Origin: the human T2T-CHM13v2.0 reference genome, Homo sapiens
Length of the DNA stretch: 64,000 bases
Strand: one strand, 5' to 3'
Assembly (NCBI RefSeq): GCF_009914755.1
Contig: NC_060942.1
A program made the position numbers and the translations under genes. Below are positions 57,265 to 64,000 of this stretch, piece after piece (the first letter of the stretch is position 1; every line of letters begins with the position of its first letter). The notes under the pieces are model-generated. The model made no database searches. It was not told the origin of the DNA and worked only from the letters and a program-made list of their open reading frames with translations.

Positions 57265-57495
57265 GTTGCAGCACATAAACTTTTCAGTCTGATAGGGATG
57301 GGTTTGAAAGCTGGCTCTCCCAACCCTTACATGCTATATGATCCCCGGAAAATTGCTTAATGTCTCAAAGATTCAGATTTCTCATTTATAAAGCAGAAAT
57401 AATATATCTCTCGTAAAGTAATTGTGAGGATTAGATAAGACAATACATATAAAGTTTCTGGCACCTGGTAGGCACTCAATAATTGCCATTATTAT
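57265..57495 (+). mobile_element. MIR
   Basis: ttcagatttctcatttataaagcagaaataata...gtgaggattagataaga...gcacctggtaggcactcaataa. Confidence 0.75.
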
Positions 57496-58257
57496 TCGAG
57501 CATCTAAATAATCACCACCACGCTGCTATGAGTATTTTACTGTACCTATCACTTCTACGTGAATGATTCCTATGTGACCCCAAGTCTTTTAATTCCAATG
57601 AGGCACCTCCACTCAGATGTCTCAGAATTATCTCAATTCAATATGTGCAATATAAAACATCATCAGATTTAAAAAATCCACAAATTTCCTGAAATTAAAA
57701 AAATGTAGATACTAGATACTCCCTGTTTAATTTTTTAAAGCACTAATAAAGAATGTGTGGAATTAAAAGTGAAAATTTCTCCCTTCCGTAGGCTCCTCTC
57801 CCATTCCTTCCTCAAATGCCCACAGCTAAGCATGGTAACAGTTTGGTATGTTTCCTCGATGTCATGTTTTACTGCTCTTTCATTTTTCCAGTTTATGCTA
57901 TTTATCACTAAATCCTAACTTTTATACTTTGCAAATGCCTCTCATGTCTGTTGCTTGTCCTCAGTTTCCATTCTATTGACACTGCTCTAGGTCTTCATCA
58001 TCACATATTAACCTAAAAATCTATCTCTTTGACACCTGATCCCTCTCATTTTCCTTCTTCTTCCACCAACTTATTCTTCTGTTCAAGTTTTATTGCCTGC
58101 TGCATCCAGTAAGTAAACCAGTGTACCTGCTTTCAAGACCCTTTTGTATTTGTCCCCGTGTTTCCTCTTCACCTTGTATACTTTGATATCACTTGGTGGC
58201 AATTTCACATGAAGTGTATTTTTGTGCCTCAGATGCTTTGTTTATGCTGTTCTCTGC

Positions 58258-58712
58258 TGTTGTGGGTTGAAATCTCTTCCTCCATAATTTACCCTTTGAA
58301 GTTCTAATCCCCAGTACCTCTGATTGTAACCATATTTGGAGATAGGGCCTTAACGGAGGTAACCAAGTAAAAATGAAGTAATTAAGGTGGGCCTTAGTCC
58401 AACATAACTATTGTCCTTATCAAAAAGGGAAATTTAGAGACAGACATCCATAGAGAAAGAACACCATGTGATCATCAACGCAAAAATAGGGTGATGCATC
58501 TATGAGCCAAGGAACACCAAAGATGTCCAGCAAACACCAGAAGCTAAAAGACAGACATAGAGCAGATTTCCCTCACAGTGTTCAGAAGGAATCAATCCTG
58601 CTGACCTGGATCTTGGACTTCTAGCCTCCAGAACTGTGAGAGAATAAATTTCTATTGTTAAAGCTACCCAGTCTATTGCACTTTGTTATGAAAGCCATAG
58701 CAAATTATTACA
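58258..58712 (+). mobile_element. MaLR solo LTR (MLT1C-like)
   Basis: tgttgtgggttgaa...tttggagatagggcctt...tcttggacttctagcctccagaactgtgagagaataaatttc...gcaaattattaca. Confidence 0.88.
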
Positions 58713-58984
58713 TCACTCCTTCAAGTAATTGTCCCTCTGCAAATGCTGAGTGTTGTACTCAAACTGAGGACATAATGAAGAAGTTGTTCCAGACCACACA
58801 AGCTGACACTGACTTCTCTTCTCTGCCTTTTCACAGTGCCTAACAGCTGTACCACTATTATGACATTTAATCATGGAGGCTGATACCATTCACTCTATGT
58901 TTTAATAATACAAAAGCCGTACCCCTTCATCTCTGCTTACAATAATCCTCAATTTTATTTTAAATGCAGAAAGTGTTTCACTGA

Positions 58985-59270
<286 letters not shown>

Positions 59271-59299
59271 TTAACTCATTTTTAATAAGTTCTTTTTTA

Positions 59300-59700
59300 T
59301 TTGCCAGTGATTTGACTAGAGAGAGAATGTGAACCCTATATGATAGGTAGGATATAAGGGTGAAACATGGAGGATTTCTAGGGAGGCTTTTGTTTTTCTG
59401 ACAAGGGAGACAGATGTGGCTAATACTACCACCCTCCCTCTTCCTCTGGTTTTCAGTAAAGTGTTCATACAACTACAGTAACTATCTTATGACCCAGAAG
59501 GATCAAGGGTGAGAAAAAAATGGCCAACATGCTAAGAATGGCACAGAGCACAAAGACTATAAGTGCATGAGTCCTTGATGACATGATTGACAGCCAAATT
59601 AATACCAACAAACACCAATTTCCAGACTTCTTGTTACTTGAAGAAAATCACACTTTTTTGGTTTCAGCCACTTTCATGAAAGCATGCTCAATTGACAATG
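59300..59700 (+). mobile_element. MLT1J/K-like LTR fragment
   Basis: gccaacatgctaagaatggca...gtccttgatgacat...ccagacttcttgtta...aaagcatgctcaattgaca. Confidence 0.6.
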
Positions 59701-59924
59701 TGCCATAAAACTATTAAATGAAGTATTTTATATGTCTTGCTTACCAATAGTGGCTGGGACTTACTTTTTCCTGGCATGTAGTAGATGCTCAGTAGATGAA
59801 TATCAACGTTCTTTATGTCATATTATACTCTTTATGAAGCTGTTAACATCCAACCAATGCAGGCTTAATTATTTTGCCAAAACCCTGAGTACACACGGAT
59901 AATCCAGCAAGAAAATGTTTTTGT

Positions 59925-60311
59925 GATCTCAGCTCTGATGGCCATTAGTAGTACTCCCCAAATATTTTAGAGTCCACCATACAGGCGCCATGGTAGAATT
60001 GCACTTGTCTACCCTATTTTAAATTAAGCATATGTATAGCACTTGCTTCAACAAATATGAGCGGAAGTGATGTGTGTCACTTCCAGGCTTAAAAGCCAGT
60101 GCAGGATCTGTGACTATCTCTTTTGCTCCACTCTGGCAATGACGATGCTGCCAATGTGGGCTCCCTAGGAGCCTGCGTCCCAGGATAAAATGATATGAAG
60201 CAGAGCTCTTGGCTGACACCTGATGGACTTTTAATGTAAATGAAAAGTTAACTTTGTTCTAAACCACAGAGATTTTTGCTTCCCATAGAGTAACCTAGCC
60301 TGACCAGTATA
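59925..60311 (+). mobile_element. MLT1I-like LTR
   Basis: catggtagaattgcactt...gagcggaagtgatgtgtgtcacttccagg...aaccacagagattt...taacctagcctgac. Confidence 0.7.
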
Positions 60312-61199
60312 TAAAACAATCTTATCTTCTGAAACAAGATTTCAGGTTGATCTGAACTCTAAAACCTCCTATGACCACGATTTTGGCTTCAGTGATCTGT
60401 GATTTAGGTCTTTTTCTATGCCTTTTATTAACATTCATATAGTTTTGTAATAGTATATGGCTCTCACCCAGAATGGTTATGAATAATTTTATGACTTTAT
60501 TAACCCAGGTCCTGCCCTCGAGGCACTTACAAGATCTATGGTGTATTGAGTTTCTCTATAAATATTCAGTACATGCACAAACCACTGGCAAAATGTAAAG
60601 CAACAACAGCATAAAAAGAAAAATTGCCAAACACATTTGGAAACTGAAGATTTAAGGAAAGAAAAAATGGGGGTAAACAATTTATTTTTCAACACTTTCA
60701 GCTTTCAATTCCATAAAACACTTTCTTTTATGTGTTACTGTAAGTGTTATTAATAGTCACATCTGAGTTCAGAGCACCTGATGGCAAAGTCGCAAGGTCA
60801 GTAAGGTTTGTGTTATGGCCTCAAGCCTTGGCAGTAGGAACTGTTTCTCCATTTCCATAAAACTGCTTTCTCCAAACTCTATGCCCCATTTCTACTCTCT
60901 GTTTCTCCTAGTATCTTCTGCTCTTCCTTTATCAAAATCTAATCCAGGAACAAATACGTTATTCATGGCTTAAAATATAATGGCAGATAATTTACATTTT
61001 GAATCTTTCCTGAAATCATGACTTGATGAGTTCTGTTACCATTTCAATGCTCTAAAAGATGGATGATCTGGTAGAGATGAAATTTTAAGTGTTGTTGGAC
61101 AAACTTGCTTCTTATCTCTGAAATCATATACTAGAATTGCTTTATCCAACATATAAGTAATTAAGATTTTCTCAAACTACACCAACCAGTGGACACCAC

Positions 61200-61455
61200 A
61201 GTCATAACAATTACTAACAACATTCCTGAGTACTGACTATGTGCTGGGCACTCTTCAGGGTATGTCCAGTGAAATAATGTATTCAATTCTGCAAACTATT
61301 CGATGGAATACATTGCAATATTTGGTCCTTGTTACAAATTGGTTAAGTAAATGTCCCAAGGTTGTGTGATTAGTATGATGCAAATCTAGGGTTTAAATTT
61401 AGACAGCCTGGCTCCAGATCCCACCCACTTCACTTCTCCTTCATTCTGCCTCTTT
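61200..61455 (-). mobile_element. MIR
   Basis: aacattcctgagtactgactatgtgctgggcact...ggttaagtaaatgtcccaaggt...agacagcctggctccaga. Confidence 0.7.
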
Positions 61456-64000
61456 GTTATTTTAAGCGTAGCTTACATGGAGAACTGCTACTCTGGCATT
61501 ATCCATGAGTCTTCGCCTAGGTGTGCCTGGAAGATGAAAGGCAAGAGAAAGACTGCCTTTATTGGATTTTTTACTTCCCTACTCGTCTCCTTACCCTTCC
61601 ATAGACATAAACATGTCAGGCTAGAATGTGTAGAACCAACTGCTCTGCCATCTCCTTAGAGGCCCTGTTGGCATTTTGTATTGTTTCCACACCTGTTCCA
61701 TTGGACTGAAGAATAAATTTAGTCCTTATCTTCACATGCATTGGCCAATTTCCTAACTGATATTTAACTACCTGCCTCTCTCCCTCTTGAAAGCCAGTTT
61801 TCTTGTTTTCCCATCCTATTAATTATTTTCCCAAATATGAAACAAAGTATTCTGATTTGAAAATAATGCCTTACATTTGGAACTGGGCTATCTGTGTCAG
61901 AATTTTTATTTTTACTGTTGAGAGTTGTGCTCGGAGAATCCTCAAGATACAGAATTTTGGAGTAGGCGGGATGATACCTTGAAGGGTTTTATGTATAAAC
62001 ATAATGGTCATAAGATGGTTTAGAGAAAGACTGCAGGCTTCTAGCCCTCTTGCCTCTCACATGATGTTATGACAGGATGGGGCATACAATAAGAAGTCAA
62101 TACATGCTATTGATTGACTTCTTAAATTCTTTGCTAAATTTGTTGACGAATTCTTTCTTCTTTAATTGTGGAACTCAAATTTATTTCAGGGAGAGTTAAT
62201 TCTGTATTGGTGTGACTTATTTGCCATTTATTTTTTGAGGAAATTATTTGATGTCTAAGGGCCTTCAAAAAAAAGAAGCCATTTCCTTTTGAACAATGAA
62301 ATCACGTTTCACTGGCATAATTGGACTGGAACACAGACAGGCTCGAGTTTAGCTCTAAACTCAGAACCCATGAAGGTCGACTGGAAAAACACAGTCGCCC
62401 ATCCCAGTCTTAAGTGGCATTTTATTTTTTCAAATTGTGTCACAAACATGCATACAAAATAAGAGCTAAGTGTTACGGATTATAACCTAAAGCTTTCCAG
62501 CCAAGCCAATTGGAAGAGAAAATCAAAGGAAACTTGTGATATTTCAATTTAACTTTCTGCTTTCACAGCGTGTAGGAGGATGAAGGGAAATCAGATAGAT
62601 TTAAGGTATAGCCTACAATATGATCAAAAGAAAAAAAAATCTACTACCATGCTTTGCTTTTATTTCAGAGTCCTATCAGTCTGGCTACAGCCTAAACAAA
62701 CAAATTCTGTCTAAGAAACATCCATTATCATAACTACCTAATAAATCAGCAACAATAAAAGGTGTGTCCAGCTCACCGACAAATGTGCAGCAATTATATC
62801 AAGCTCTCTCACCTTGTACCTTCTTTGTTCAGCTGTTCACACTTACCTAGTTCCTACTGCTTACAGCCCTGTCTTTATTCCCTCTACCAACGTTATCTGG
62901 CAGGTAATTTTACCGGCCCTAAGAGCTCTGTGAATACCATATTCATCCTTTGACTCTTCCTACTTCTAGGTCTGAGAAACTATCCCCTAAATTCACAATC
63001 ACCTATGTGATTGGCTTGTCTATTAGTATCCCAAAAAGGATTTTCCTGTCACCTACCATGGAGACATTCTGCCGGACGAAAAGAGAAAGAAGCTATATGA
63101 AATGATAGAAAAGAGATAAGTCAATAGGATTAAAGAGACCTCTCAAGCAATTAAGTGGCAACACTGGCAGTAAGTGACTTCAGGGTAGACAAGTATAAAG
63201 ACTACATATATATATATATATCTCCAAAGATAGTTACCCTTAGAAGGGCCCTAATTTAATCTGGTCCAAATGTTTTATTTTATAGGTATTGATATTTAGC
63301 CCCTAAAGTCAAGAGAATTAGTGAAGTTTATATAGTGAATTAGTGACAAAACTGAAATTAAACCTAAAGTGTCCTAAATTAAAGACCAGAGTGCTTTTCT
63401 TCCCCAGTTCTCCAGGGATCTTTGTACTATTTTGTGCATTAAAGGGACTCTATATATATTGAAGGTAGTAAACCAGGAAAGCAGAGATTGAGGGAGGAAG
63501 TAAAGAAGGAAGATAATGTATTCTGCATTCTTGAAGCAAAGAAGAAGTATTTAGATAATGTAGTGTTTCCTGGCATAGCAGGAAGTGGAGCAGAGTCAAA
63601 CAGTGAAACAAGAAATACATACCAAGATTCATTCTCCAAATGAAAAGATCCAAGAGCAACACACCTGGAAGCACTAGAGAAGATATCATCAAACAAAGTG
63701 GGGATGTTCCCAATTATGACTGAGAATGAAGGCCACGAATTAGGACCCAAAGAAAACAGGTACATAAACAGAGAACAAAAATATACCCACAGTTGCTATA
63801 GCAAAGTGACCAATTCTGTCTAGTGTGGCTTTGTGCACTTGTGGCCAATTGTAACAAGCCAGATCTTGCTCCCCATCATTTGAAAAGTTACTAATCACTT
63901 CATTTTCTGGACAACTTCAGAAAAGTAAGTGGAAGTTTAACAAAAATATGAATCAAATTATGGGAAATATAAAAAAAAGTATTATGGTGTGCTGTGTTGC

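Noticed and set aside
63440-63823. Plus-strand frame of ~127 codons with one internal stop (EGSKPGKQRLREEVKK...), and two antisense ORFs
   Set aside because: No recognisable protein family, no upstream ATG, no poly-A or TSD; the purine-rich bias (possibly L2-derived) makes long frames likely by chance. A tblastn search would settle it.

Overview
This 64-kb window is AT-rich, CpG-poor primate (very likely human or great-ape) genomic DNA, intergenic or deep intronic; it is not prokaryotic. I find no credible protein-coding gene, CpG island, tRNA/rRNA gene or CRISPR array. The ORFs in the track are either transposon relics (Alu, L1 ORF2, L2 RT) or short or low-complexity frames with no recognisable protein similarity. 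A large fraction of the window is interspersed repeat: about 8 dimeric Alus plus FAM and FRAM monomers, several L1 fragments (including a ~4.5-kb old L1M), L2 and MIR relics, MaLR/ERVL solo LTRs and hAT/mariner DNA-transposon fossils, many with visible target-site duplications. Subfamily names come from recalled consensus sequences and need RepeatMasker/Dfam confirmation. The points most worth a second look are: a repeat-free block at ~27.8-28.4 kb with PBX-HOX, MEIS, posterior-HOX and NF-Y motifs (candidate developmental enhancer); a ~70-bp inverted duplication inside the L1 at 37.3-37.6 kb; a tailless U2 snRNA 5' retro-fragment; a 27-bp tandem repeat with junction palindromes; and a 236-codon ORF built from L2 RT remnants. 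I see no support for a novel multi-gene system.
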